This document shows positions 1-11,751 of a stretch of DNA of 34,901 nucleotides, one piece after another (the first letter of the stretch is position 1; the number at the start of each line of letters is the position of its first letter). The translations under genes and the position numbers were made by a program. This stretch comes from Octopus sinensis (taxonomy: Eukaryota). Where the stretch lies: assembly GCF_006345805.1 (NCBI RefSeq), contig NW_021829926.1, forward strand, positions 1-34,901. Direction: 5' to 3'. The notes below the pieces were generated by a model. It made no database searches and was not told where the DNA came from. It saw nothing but the letters and a program-made list of their open reading frames with translations.

Positions 1-149
1 GCAGGGATCACCACCATCCTGCCAGAGCCTCGTGGAGCTCTTTAGGTGTTTTCCTCAATACCAACTCACAACGCCCGGTCTGGGAATCGAAACCGCGATC
101 CTACGAGCGCGAGTCCGCTGCCCTAACCACTGGGCCATTGCGCCTCCAC
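1..149 (-). mobile_element. tRNA-derived SINE (family C), 5' part, cut by window edge
   Basis: The minus strand reads GGAGGCGCAATGGCCCAGTGGTTAGGGCAGCGGACTCGCG...GGTTTCGATTCCC, giving Pol III A and B boxes. A non-tRNA body follows (GTTGTGAG..TTGAGGAAAACACCTAA). Confidence 0.85.
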
Positions 150-150
150 A

Positions 151-342
151 TGTAGTATATAAATGTGAGTGTGTATATGTTTTTTATATGTCTGTAAATA
201 TCTATATATATATGTATATATATATGTATGTAATGATATATATGTATATATATATATATATATATCTATATATATATATATATGTATATATATATGTATA
301 TATATATATATATATATATAGATATATGTATATATATACATA
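151..342. repeat. (TA)n/(TATG)n microsatellite
   Basis: Read directly from the sequence. Confidence 0.95.
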
Positions 343-465
343 CGGTCTCCCAACCATGATGCTCCGGAATCATTCACATTGCCTGACACACGGGGCAAGT
401 TTCTTCTAGTATAGCTACGTACGACCAAAGTGAGTCGATTAGACAACTCAAAGAAGCCAGTCCGT
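343..465 (+). mobile_element. Degenerate SINE family A head; the start of its tail reappears near 936-970
   Basis: Diverged match to the copy at 18825-18985 (GGGCAAGT.TCTTCTA.TATAGC...AAAGAAGCC). GTGTCTGTGTTTGTCCC near 950 is the family tail start. Confidence 0.65.
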
Positions 466-469
466 TGTG

Positions 470-680
470 GTGTGTCATCATGTTAGACCGCTGAACTCTA
501 TACATTTCTTTCATTCTCTTTCTGTCTAGTTCCACTTATTCCTTTCCGTTTAAGAGCATAGGCTCGAAACGTAAAAGACGTTTTGCTTTTTGCCCGAGCG
601 TCAACTAATGCACATGCTTGTCGTTCCTATATTTATCTTCGCTTTTGTTCTCTTTATTTTTCTATAAATTAGAACTATAT
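470..680 (+). mobile_element. Short PLE-associated unit with a degenerate hammerhead-like motif (541-577)
   Basis: TTTAAGAGCATAGGCTCGAAACGTAAAAG at 549-577. Homologous to 7808-7997. Confidence 0.55.
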
Positions 681-1055
681 ATATATAAAGAATATGAGAT
701 TTTAGTTCACTGGTGATGTCAACGAATAGGGACGCTAAGTGCTATAATTGGTCATCCGTCAGGTGCAAAGTTCACAGCCGAGGATGGAGCTAGGAATCCG
801 TATTAGGGCTATGTGTTAGCAGGTATATATTAGGGGAGGAGGACAACAAAAACTAAGGCAGGGGGACTATCACAAGCTATTTATAATAATTTAATTAGGG
901 TAAGGTGAGTTTGAAGTCTTACATGCATATATGGGCGTGTGTCTTTGTGTCTGTGTTTGTCCCGTACCACGTGGCCGAACTGAGTGGTTCATAAGCAGTA
1001 ATATAATGCTTTAGAATATATATACATATATATTTAGATATATAGATAGATACAG

Positions 1056-1102
<47 letters not shown>

Positions 1103-1140
1103 TCAGACGGGGTGGTAGAGAGATAAATATATAGATATTC

Positions 1141-1327
1141 CTTTCTGCTATAAGTACAAGGCCTGAAATTTTGGGGAAGCGGGTAAGTTGATTACTTAAT
1201 TTATCGACTCCAAATGGATGAAAGACATAGTTGACCTCCGGCAGCATTTGAACTCAGAACGAGAAGATAGACGAAATACCGCAAAGCATTTCACCCCGGG
1301 TGCTAACGATTCTGCCAGCTCGCCGTC
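1141..1327 (-). mobile_element. tRNA-derived SINE family B (internally deleted)
   Basis: Minus-strand head GGCGAGCTGGCAGAATCGTTAGCA, B box GAGTTCAAAT, and core TTTCATCC..GGAGTCGATAAATTAAGTA. Confidence 0.85.
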
Positions 1328-1393
1328 TCTGTAAATATAATGAAATTGGTATATATACACATATACATATGCTTGTACATAAATATAAATGAA

Positions 1394-1662
1394 ATGGCCA
1401 CTAAGTGGACATCCATTACGCTAGAGGTAGACGCCCATATGGTCTGACCGCTAAGAAAAGATTGTTCTCAAGAAAATTCAACAAACGTTAGAACGTAAGC
1501 CAGCAAGACAAATGTGATTAATCTTTATATTTTGTATCTTTTCATTTGTCTTGCTGGCTTACGTTCTGACGTTTGCTGAATTTTCTTGAGAACAATATTT
1601 TCTTAGTGGTCACACCATATGGGGTCTATCTCTAGCATAATGGATGTCCACTTAGTGGTCAT
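1394..1662. repeat. Fold-back inverted repeat: ~120-bp arms (1394-1514 and 1543-1662) with a 28-bp spacer
   Basis: ATGGCCACTAAGTGGACATCCATTA...CCAGCAAGACAAATG is mirrored by CATTTGTCTTGCTGG...TAATGGATGTCCACTTAGTGGTCAT, with about 9 differences. Confidence 0.95.
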
Positions 1663-1893
1663 CCCTCTTATATGCATGTAATTTATATATTTTTTAATCT
1701 CCAGATTTTTCAATATGCTAGGCCTCTGGTTTTAAATTGATATTAATCAAATTAATATTCAATGTTTCAACCTTATTTAAAATCTTGTACTATATATATA
1801 TATTCTATATATGTTAATAAAATAGAACATATGCATATATATAAACATATATGTACGTACCACCTCTACATGTACATATACACGCATATATGT

Positions 1894-2070
1894 GTACAGG
1901 ACACCAAAAAAGACGTCGAAACCCATAGAGACGGACGAAACACATAGACACAAACCAAGGAACAAGACAAGCAAAAAAAAAAAGAGAGAGAACAGGACAA
2001 TAAGCAACGAAAAATCCCCTTCTTCAGTCGCTAAGGTTTCATCTACTAAACGTTTCGAAGGATAAAAGGA
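1894..2070 (-). mobile_element. Short TA-flanked repeat unit with permuted hammerhead-like boxes (2014-2063)
   Basis: Minus strand: ATCCTTC-GAAACGTT...GA-CTGAAGA-AGGGGAT, followed by a pyrimidine-rich tail like that of 28231-28352. Confidence 0.4.
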
Positions 2071-2104
2071 TATATATATGTGCGTTGTGTGTGTATATAT
2101 GTAA

Positions 2105-2518
2105 TTCTTTATTGCCCACGAGGGGCTAAACATAGAGGGGACAAACAAGGACAGATAAACGGATTACGTCGATTATATTGACCCCAGTGCGTAACTGGTA
2201 CTTATTTAATCGACCCCGAAAGGATGAAAAGCAAAGTCGACCTCGGCGGAATTTGAACTCAGAACATAGCGACAGACGAAATACCTATTTCTTTATTACC
2301 CACAAGGGGCTAAACATAGAGGGGACAAACAAGGACAGACATAGGTATTAAGTCGATTACATCGACCCCAGTGCGTAACTGGTACTTATTTAATCGACCC
2401 CGAAAGGGTGAAAGGCAAAGTCGACCTCGGCGGAACTTGAACTCAGAATATAGCGACAGACGAAATACCGCTAAGTATTTCACCCGACATGCTAACGCTT
2501 CTGCCATGTCACCGCCTT
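2105..2518 (-). mobile_element. SINE family B dimer (full monomer 2287-2518 plus 5'-truncated monomer 2105-2285)
   Basis: Two ~180-bp near-identical tandem copies of GGGGCTAAACATAGAGGGGACAAAC...GTCGACCTCGGCGGAA.TTGAACTCAGAA...GACGAAATACC. Confidence 0.92.
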
Positions 2519-3649
2519 CATGTGTATGTATATATGTATTACGTATGTATCTATATGTATAGGTATTTACGCTTTTATGTATGTATCTGTCTATCCCTCT
2601 TTCTATCTATCGTTTCTAAAGAGGAAAGGACTTAAAGGGAAAACTACGTTTCAGTGTAGAATAGAGGCAGAAACTATAAAACCAGAGAAATGCTGGAGTT
2701 AAGTTATCATGGATTCTACGTGTATGTAGGGAAATGGTTAAGTGTATGTGAATAGTGAACGTGGTCTAAATTGTTACGGGTTTGGGAAGGGAGTAGTAGA
2801 AGACTTCGATCGAGTTTCGTGTTCAATGGAAATTAAAAATATGTCGTGTATAACATGGCAGGCTTGGAAGGAGAAGGGCATTTGATATTGATACACCTGC
2901 AGCTAACTCGCAACTGACTAACAGGAAGTCTGCAGATGTCCACCAGGCATTAAGGCTTGATAGTGCTGTTATCGTTGCTGTCGTAGTTATTGGTAATGAT
3001 TGTGGTGGTGGAGGTGTTGGTGGTGGTGGTGTGGTGGTGGTGGTTGTTAAGTTGGAGGTGGTGCTTATGATGGTACTGATTATAATAGAGTACATAAGCA
3101 TTCCTTGGCCGGTTGATTTGGTCGGAATGGAGATGTTTGTGAGATGTTCATGTGTATGAGTTTATACATACATACATACATACATACATATAAAGACAAG
3201 CTAACAGCAGACAAGTTGCACACATATATACACAGACACACATAGGTATATGTGTTGTGTATACATACATACATATATATATATATATAGGAGAGGAAAA
3301 ATTATAGTAAGGCAGCGTGCTAAATTGAAAGTAAATTTCGATAGAAATGGGTGTATGGAAAATTAAAAAAGAAAAAATAATAAATTATGTCGGTTTTTAT
3401 TGCAAGGCAAATTTTCAAGATTTGGAAGGAGAAAAGAAATTATTTTCAAATTGAGGAAGGGGAAAAAATAAATTTACAATGTTTTTTTCAAAAAAAAATA
3501 ATACATATATACAAAAATTAATAAATAAGTATACCAATCCATTGTAGATTCTTTATGCTTTTAGAGTTCAGTAATAGTCCTTGGAAAAACTTCTTTGGAG
3601 GATTAGGATGCATGTGCTTAAATGTAGTGTTTAGTTTCAAGGGTTGGGT

Positions 3650-3685
<36 letters not shown>

Positions 3686-3699
3686 CATATATACATATA

Positions 3700-3942
3700 C
3701 ATCCAACCATTTTGACGTCACTCCTTATAAAGGAATTTTTAAAGAAACACTCATTATCACTATGGGCTCCGTGTGAGCAGTCATCGAAAAGTTTTTGTGC
3801 ATCTTGATGTTGACATAAGTTCCTTGCTTTTCCTGATGAGAAAGCGGCATAATATACTCCTTATTCCTTCGCAATTAGGAATATGCAGCCTTCGAAACAA
3901 TAAAGGAATTTTGTTAATTCGTCGTTCAACTCCATTCTTTCA
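3700..3942 (+). mobile_element. PLE 3'-end (pseudo-LTR-like) fragment between TA tracts
   Basis: It carries an HHR. The upstream frame reads GIFKETLII, resembling the GIY-YIG C-terminal KExLxI motif. The 3' motif CGTTCAACTCCATTCTTTCA resembles 19559-19578. Confidence 0.6.
3820..3908 (+). ncRNA. Type I hammerhead ribozyme motif with long stem II (stems I and III imperfect)
   Basis: CTGATGA at 3833-3839 and GAAAC at 3894-3898. Stem II GAAAGCGGCATA/TATGCAGCCTTC pairs 10 of 12 positions. TTCCTT/AAGGAA flanks can pair. Confidence 0.7.
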
Positions 3943-4299
3943 TATATATATATATATATCTTTTATTTATACATATACATACATACATGCATACATATAC
4001 ACACATATGCACACGCACATATATTTAATCACAATTTCTGGATTCAAGAAATCCGTTAGGACTCATAATAAATGCTCCTTAATGTATCATTGTACAAAGC
4101 ATGTTGAATATAGAGTAATATACAAGAAAAAATATAAGGAGTGTATAAAGTCATTAATGACAGAGAAATAATATGATAAACTTTTATTTAGCAAAAGAGA
4201 AATCCTAATATCACGACAAATTTCTTTCATAACTAAAAAAACATGGAAATAACTTTAAATCATATTTAATAGTGATTAAATAACTTACATTTCTATATT

Positions 4300-4497
4300 T
4301 AAGAGATGAGGAATTATCTACATTATTTACATTATTTACATTTGACGGATATTTGTCATTATCTTGTTTGTTGCTAACACAACGTTTCGGGTGATATACC
4401 CTCCAGCCTTCATCAGGTGTCTTGGAGAAATTTCAAACCTAGGTTCTCATTCCTAAGGTATTTTTCGATGTTGTTGTTGTTATTATTATTATTAATC

Positions 4498-4561
<64 letters not shown>

Positions 4562-4612
4562 CCAAGATTCCGAGTTCGATTCCAGGCAATGACATGAATA
4601 ACAACAACAACA
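4300..4612 (-). mobile_element. HHR-bearing element with an inverted tRNA B-box fragment (4562-4612, + strand)
   Basis: GAGTTCGATTCC at 4572-4583. The 16-mer AATAACAACAACAACA occurs both after the B box (4597-4612, +) and upstream of the HHR body (4469-4484, -). Confidence 0.6.
4376..4421 (-). ncRNA. Minimal type I hammerhead ribozyme
   Basis: Minus strand: GACAC-CUGAUGA-A-GGCUG-gaggguauau-CACCC-GAAACGUU-GUGUU. Stem I is GACAC/GUGUU, stem II has one mismatch, and stem III is the palindrome ACGU typical of PLE minimal HHRs. Confidence 0.8.
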
Positions 4613-4617
4613 AGAAT

Positions 4618-4660
<43 letters not shown>

Positions 4661-4668
4661 TAATAATA

Positions 4669-4699
<31 letters not shown>

Positions 4700-4709
4700 T
4701 ATAATAATA

Positions 4710-4745
<36 letters not shown>

Positions 4746-4753
4746 CAATAATG

Positions 4754-4801
<48 letters not shown>

Positions 4802-4805
4802 ATAT
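4469..4805. repeat. (TTA)n and (AAT)n inverted microsatellite pair, then (TA)n
   Basis: Read directly from the sequence. Confidence 0.95.
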
Positions 4806-5318
4806 AAGCATACACATCTACATATGCATAGATGTGTGTGAAAGTATGTGCTGTGTTGGCACTTATGTGGTGAGTTTGTTTCTATATATGTTTGTTTTCA
4901 AGTATGTACAGACAAAATTATACTTTTATATATATGCGAGAGTCAGAAATGGTTCAGACCTCACCAGTATAAATGCAAATCGATTTATACAAATTTCCTA
5001 TCTTCTCCGATACATTTCACATATTAAATATAGTCTACCACCTGCTTTGAAGTATATTGAATCTATTCTTCAATAAGGGAATCCCTAACACAACATATTA
5101 GGCGTTGTACATATGTATATGTATGTAGACTGTGTATATATGAACCTGTGTGTGTATATGTGTGTGTGTGGGTGTGTTTGTGCGTGTGTGCTCATGTACT
5201 TTTCAATGCAGCGGTATTTGTAAGCGTCGGTATTTTCCGCCAGGTATCATGAACTATTGTCTCCTCACACACCTACATGTAAAACACAGAGGCACACAAA
5301 CACACACACACACGCACG

Positions 5319-5378
<60 letters not shown>

Positions 5379-5672
5379 TTCACCTAAAGAGTTGATGCTT
5401 TTAAATTATGCATATTCTGACGTATGTGCAGCTGTATACATTTCGGTAATCACCGGTGGAATCAGGCATATATTGCTTTCGTATTGCTCAGGACAGGATG
5501 TTCCTCATAGACATATTACACACGCATCCGCAAACGCAAATATACACAGGCTAATAGACAGACAGACACGTTCAAACAATGGCACGGAAATAGACTTGCA
5601 GATAAAAAACAAACATACATACATATACACACACAGAATATATATATATATATTTCTATGTATATATTTTTT

Positions 5673-6075
5673 ATTCCTTTATTCTTTTACTTGTTTCAGT
5701 CATTTGACTGCTGCCATGCTGAAGCACCACCTTTAGACGAGCAAATCGACCCGAGGACTTCTTTGTAAGTCTAGTACTTATTCTATCGGACTCTTGTGCC
5801 GAACCGCTAAGTTGCGGTGGTGTAAGCACACCAGTACCCGTTGTCAAGCGATGTTGGAGCGAGGGGACAAACAGACACACACACACACAACACACACACA
5901 TATATATATACAACGGGCTTCTTTCACCTTCCATCTACCAAATCTACTAACAAGGCTTTGTTCAGCCCTAGACTATAGTAGAAGATACTTGCCCAAGGTG
6001 CCACGCGATAGGACTGAACCCGGAACCATGATGTTGGAAAGCAAGCCACTAACCACACAGCGACTCCTGCACCTA
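5673..6075 (-). mobile_element. Full-length SINE family A (tRNA head, central TA/TG microsatellite, tail ending GACTGAAACAAGTAAAAGA)
   Basis: Minus-strand head AGGTGCAGGAGTCGCTGTGTGGTTAG...CCGGGTTCAGTCC. Colinear with the copy at 18825-19860. Confidence 0.92.
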
Positions 6076-6102
6076 TAACGTTAGGTCTAACATATACGTA
6101 CA

Positions 6103-6133
<31 letters not shown>

Positions 6134-6233
6134 GAAAATCCCGATATAAGAAATAGGTGTTGATGACATGTTTGCACGTCATCAGGTTCTAAAACGCATT
6201 TAGACACTATAAATGTATAAATATACTTCTATG

Positions 6234-6310
<77 letters not shown>

Positions 6311-6446
6311 TCATATTCATGCATACATGTTTCTTTTCCTTGTAGATATATATTTACATATATACATACATGTAAGCATGTCTCTGCATATATCCATCTG
6401 TGCATATATAAACATATCTATATACATAGACGCGGGCATATATCCT

Positions 6447-6503
<57 letters not shown>

Positions 6504-6709
6504 ATATAATGTACACATATACCCACAAATACGCATGAATATACAGAAACACAATTCCTCATAATTATAGACTCTCATGCATGCAGTGATATGGCCTTTC
6601 AGCGCTACCGACCCGTCAATCATCCCAGCCAGTAGACGAGTAATTACGACTCATCCGTACTCCCCGCTGCATAAATACATAACTATACATACATACATAC
6701 ATACATACA

Positions 6710-6745
<36 letters not shown>

Positions 6746-7034
6746 TAATGTATAATTATACATATGTGCATGCATTTGTATAATTACCGTTGGCGGATTA
6801 ATTTCAATTGATGACGATGCCACAGCAAGCCACCAACATCCAATTGGCTGGAACGAGCAATAACCGAGTAATATAAAAGACGTGGTATTTATGCAGGTGT
6901 TTGCAACTGTTGACAATTTCCCCTCCACTTGACGCTCAATTGACCTCGCATGTGTATAAATCGTGCTAATTTATCGATTACGTGATCGGTGTTGTGTTGT
7001 TATTGCTGTCTCGAATGGTTTTGGTGTTGTCGCT

Positions 7035-7297
7035 CTTTTGGTTGGTGGTGATGAAGGTTGTTGCTGTTGTTGTTGTTGCTGAAGATAGTGATGATGTTTG
7101 TGATAATGATGATGATGTTGAGGAGGTGTAGGAGGAGGAGGAAAAATGAGGGTGATGATGTTCTTGATGATAGTGATGCTGATGCTGATGATAATGACGA
7201 TGATGTTAGTGATGATAGCGACCGTGATGATGATGGTGATTATGAGGATGATCATGATCATGATGACGATGACGATGACGATGATGAAGTCGACGAT
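7035..7297. repeat. (GTT)/(GAT)/(GAC) trinucleotide low-complexity tract
   Basis: Read directly; it explains the poly-M/D/I ORFs. Confidence 0.9.
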
Positions 7298-7588
7298 AAG
7301 GGGGGGTGGACCCACCCGCCCCAGACTATTGTATAAACGTAAAGTCGGACGAAATGCCTCTGAGTATTTTAACCGTGCGGTAGCAATTCCACCAGCTCAC
7401 CGCGTTCTCCCATAGTTATCATATTGAGAACATTATTGTTAAACTTATCAACGTTGTTTTTGTTTAGCCCCAGGTCAGTAATAAGTGAAAAAAGCCTTTG
7501 ATCAAAGTTATTGCAACCACGACCATCTGGTATTTCTGTTATAAGTTTGGACACGGTATGTTCAAGACGATATTATACAATGCTGGAC

Positions 7589-7749
7589 AGGCGCAGGCGT
7601 GGCTGTGTGGTAAAAAGCTTGCTTCTCAGCCACATGGTTCCGGGTTCAGTCCTACAGTATGTCACCGTGGGCAAGTCTCTTCTACTATAGCCTCGGGCCG
7701 ACCAAAAGCATGTGGGTGGATATGGTAGACAGAAACTGAAAGAAGCTCG

Positions 7750-7750
<1 letters not shown>
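7589..7750 (+). mobile_element. SINE family A head
   Basis: AGGCGCAGGCGTGGCTGTGTGGTAAAAAGCTTGCTTC...GGTTCCGGGTTCAGTCC...GAAACTGAAAGAAGC. Confidence 0.9.
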
Positions 7751-7788
<38 letters not shown>

Positions 7789-7807
7789 TACGCATATATA
7801 TATTTAG

Positions 7808-7994
7808 ATCGCCATGACAGATCGTTAGCCACTACACACATTTTTTCTCTCTTTGTTTTTCTGTGTCCCTTTCTGTAGAAGAGCGTAGGCTCGAAACGTA
7901 AAAGACTTTTTCTATTCGTGAGCGTTATACTAATACATGTGTTTGTTTTGTGCACCACCTGTCTTCGTCTTTTGTTTTTTTTCGTAAACTTTCC

Positions 7995-7997
<3 letters not shown>
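7808..7997 (+). mobile_element. Short PLE-associated unit with a degenerate hammerhead-like motif (7868-7904)
   Basis: TAGAAGA-GCGTAGGCTC-GAAACGTA-AAAG. The CUGA box is altered, while the palindromic ACGU and GUA triplet are retained. Homolog of 470-680. Confidence 0.6.
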
Positions 7998-8083
<86 letters not shown>

Positions 8084-8668
8084 TGTGTATGTGTGCGTGT
8101 GGTGTGTGTGTGTGTGTGTGTGTGTGCGTGTGTGTGTGTGTGCGTGCGTGTGTGTACAGCAGATAAACCGACAAACCGGTCCTATGCAAATTACGAAGTA
8201 ATGTGGACAAACCATTCAGACGTTTAGCTGCAATTTCCAGGAAATCAAAAATCCACATGTAAGAAGAAACTCCCATCTTGGCTTATGTTGCTAGTGCTGT
8301 CTTTTATATTTACTGTATTGCTTAATAGTATTGTTGCTATTGTTGCTATAGCGACTGCGTAAATTTAGTTTGACTGTTGCTATTGTTGGACAGTCGATAC
8401 CCCTTGACACGACGTCGTCGGAAGCATTGCTGTTTGAAAGCGAAGAGACGGGTCGGACACTGAAATACTTCGTATTTGGCACCCTACCAGTTCCATCAAT
8501 TCACCGTCTTGGATTTAATCTGTGTACAGTGAATGTACTTTTTATTAATTATATGTCTAGCTTGCATGTATGTTGTGCAGGCGCATGTATGTGTTTGTGT
8601 GCATATGTGTCTGTGTGTTTCATTCCATATAGTGTCTTATTAAAGCGGTGAGATGAGAGAATTTTAAA

Positions 8669-9695
8669 CACGTCGAGCAATGCTGCTATCAGTATTGTTT
8701 TTCGGCTCCTTACGTTCTAGGTTTCGGGACCGATAAAATAAAGTACCAGTAATATAATCGACTTAACCGCTTCCCCTAGAATGTACTAAACTTTGAAATC
8801 TTAACTTAGCGTCATAAAGGCGGCGAACCGATAGAATCGTTATTGTGCCAACGCGGCCACCTAACAGAAACGTTAGCAGGCCGGGCGAAATACTTTGTGG
8901 CATTTCGTCTGCCGTTACGTTGTGAGTTCAAATTCTGCCGAGGTCGACTTTACCTTTCATCCTTTCGGGGTCGATAAATTAAGTAGCAGTTACGCACTGG
9001 GGTCGATGTAATCGACTTAATCCCTTTGTCTGTCCTTGTTTGTCCCCTCTATGTTTAGCTCGTTGTGGGCAATAAAGAAATAAAAAAACGTTAGCACGCT
9101 GGGCGAAATGCTTCGCGGTATTTCCTCTGCCGCTACGTTCTGAATTCAAATTCCGCCGAGGTCTACTTTGCTTTTCATCCTTTGGGGGGTCGATTAAATA
9201 AGTACCAGTTACACATTGGGGTCGATATAATCGACTTAATCCGTTTGTCTGTCCTTATTTGTCTCCTCTATGTTTAGCCCCTTGCGGGCAATAAACAAAT
9301 AAGAATCGTTATTGTGCTAGACAGAATTCTTTACTGCATCTCTTCTGGTTTTAGTTTCTGAGTTCAAATACCGCTGAGATCGACATTATGCAGCATCCTT
9401 TCGGGGTCGCTAAAATGATTCCCAGTTCATCTCTGAGGGTCAATGCAATCTGCTAACTACCTCCTCCATAATTTCAGGTCCTCCATATTTTCTGGGTGGT
9501 GAGATGGACAAAATGCTTAGGCGGCATTTCTTCCGGCTTTGACGTTGTAAGATCAAATCCCACCGAGGTCGAATTTGGTTTCTATGACTTCGGTGCCGGT
9601 AAAATAAAGAACCAGTCATGTAGTGAGGTCGATGCAGCTGACATGGACCCTTTTTTACTAAAATTGCTAACTTTGTGCAAAAATTAGCAGGAATT
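8669..9695 (+). mobile_element. Head-to-tail cluster of five SINE family B copies, including a nested dimer (8849-9301)
   Basis: Young monomers at 8849-9085 and 9086-9301 are flanked by the 16-bp duplication AGAATCGTTATTGTGC (8833-8848, 9302-9317). Older copies lie at 8669-8800, 8818-9480 (host) and 9503-9695. Confidence 0.88.
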
Positions 9696-10642
9696 GTATG
9701 TTTGTACAAGTTGTGTGCAGATATGTGTGTGTGTGTATGTGTACGTGCGCGTTCGAGTATGTGTATGCGTGTGCGTTCGTGTGTGTATATTTGTGCGTGC
9801 GTGTATATTTGTTTGCTTGTGTGTGTGAGTTTGTGTACGTGCGTTTCATTCCATTCCATATGTCTATTTAATTACTGTGTCTTATTTCTTTTCAACACTG
9901 ACACGCTATTATATAAAACAAATGCCGTGATAGAACATGAAATCACGTTTTTTTCCTCCACCACACAAAAAATCTCCTTCATTCTCTTCTTACTCCACTG
10001 TTTGCTATTACCCTCTTTGTTTCACAACGAAATATAAACCTCTAAAAACTTCGTCTCTGTACTTCCTTTTACATGTTGACATAATACAAGTAATATGCCT
10101 ACAAATAACATGGCTACATTTTTCTTTCCCAATACATAAAGACAGACAAATTCTGCCACAGTAATTGTTCTGAACATTGCTCATCTTACCCATATTGTTT
10201 TTCTTATAATTCTTCATTTTCGTTTTTCTTTACGTTAGTACCATTACTATTGTTTTAGTAACTTCCTACCCGTTATCTCTACTGCCTCCTCTTCTCTCTC
10301 CTCTGTTCTAATTTCCACGGTAACCAACCATAAAATATGGGTTTTTTTGTTGTTATTACGAGCATTCGCCTCCGCCGCACTTGCTTCACATTCACATATC
10401 TCCTTCCATATTTTTCGCACATAATCATAGAGTCATTAATCTTCATGTCTTCCTCACTACCGCTGTAGGTAAATGAAGGCCTTAATGCTTTTATACACAG
10501 CTCGTAACACACAAACAGATCTAACTATATATCCATTTACATACAAATATATGTGCGTGTTAATACAGATATATATATATATACACACGCATATAGATAT
10601 AGATATACATACATATATACATACATACATACATACATATAT

Positions 10643-10681
<39 letters not shown>

Positions 10682-10823
10682 TATATATATGTATATATAC
10701 ACACGCGCACACGCACTGATTCAAACATACACTCATAAATAGGCAATGGCCTCTCACCTTTCTGCGTTGGTATTTCATGTACCACAGCCGTTACATGTAC
10801 ATATTACATATATATATATATAT

Positions 10824-10859
<36 letters not shown>

Positions 10860-11345
10860 CATACATATTTCTCTGTGTGGGTGTATGTATATGACTACAT
10901 ACAAGCATATATGCATGAATACATGTATATATATATGTGTATGTATACGTATATATATATATATATATACGTATGTGTATATATGTTTGTGTTTGAACAC
11001 AATGTATTTAAACAGCTTTGATTGTATAGTTGGCTAAACGCACATAAAGACACACAAACAGACACGCACACACATGCACACAAACACATGAACACACACA
11101 CAGACACACACGAATACAGATAATTATGTATATAACCGAACTAACAATAACATAGAGGAACCATAAATAGAAAGATAAAGCGAAGTCGTAGGTGTGTCTG
11201 TGTTTTGTGAATGTATCTTCATAAGAAGAATTCTTATAAAAACAAATGAGCATAAGCAGTCACATACCCGTGCAGATATAAAACTGCACATTTGTACGAA
11301 CACGTATATGTATTGTGAGATCATTATGCGCTTTTGAGTGTGAGC

Positions 11346-11381
11346 ATATATATATATATATATGTAGATATAGATAGATAG

Positions 11382-11430
<49 letters not shown>

Positions 11431-11468
11431 CACACACATATATATATGTATATATGTATGTATATATG

Positions 11469-11515
<47 letters not shown>

Positions 11516-11720
11516 ATATGTATACATATATATGTATGTATATATATATATAATGTATATATGTATGTATATACATATATATATATATGTATATATATAT
11601 ATGTATGTATGTATATATATGTATATGTATGTACATATGTTTGTATGTATATATATATATATGCATGTATGTATATATGTATCTATGTAAGTATATATAT
11701 GTATGTGTATATATATATGT

Positions 11721-11751
<31 letters not shown>

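Noticed and set aside
75-149. Functional tRNA gene
   Set aside because: A and B boxes are present, but there is no proper acceptor stem and it continues into a SINE body.
2105-2518. CRISPR-like or satellite array (also 8849-9301)
   Set aside because: The repeats are ~200-bp SINE monomers without a spacer architecture, in a eukaryotic context.
2823-2970. Possible coding exon (also 26470-26590)
   Set aside because: No recognisable protein similarity or convincing paired splice sites; it cannot be supported without RNA data.
6160-6192. Minus-strand CUGAUGA-CGUG-CAAACAUGUC hammerhead-like string
   Set aside because: The GAAA box is broken and there is no stem I or stem II pairing.
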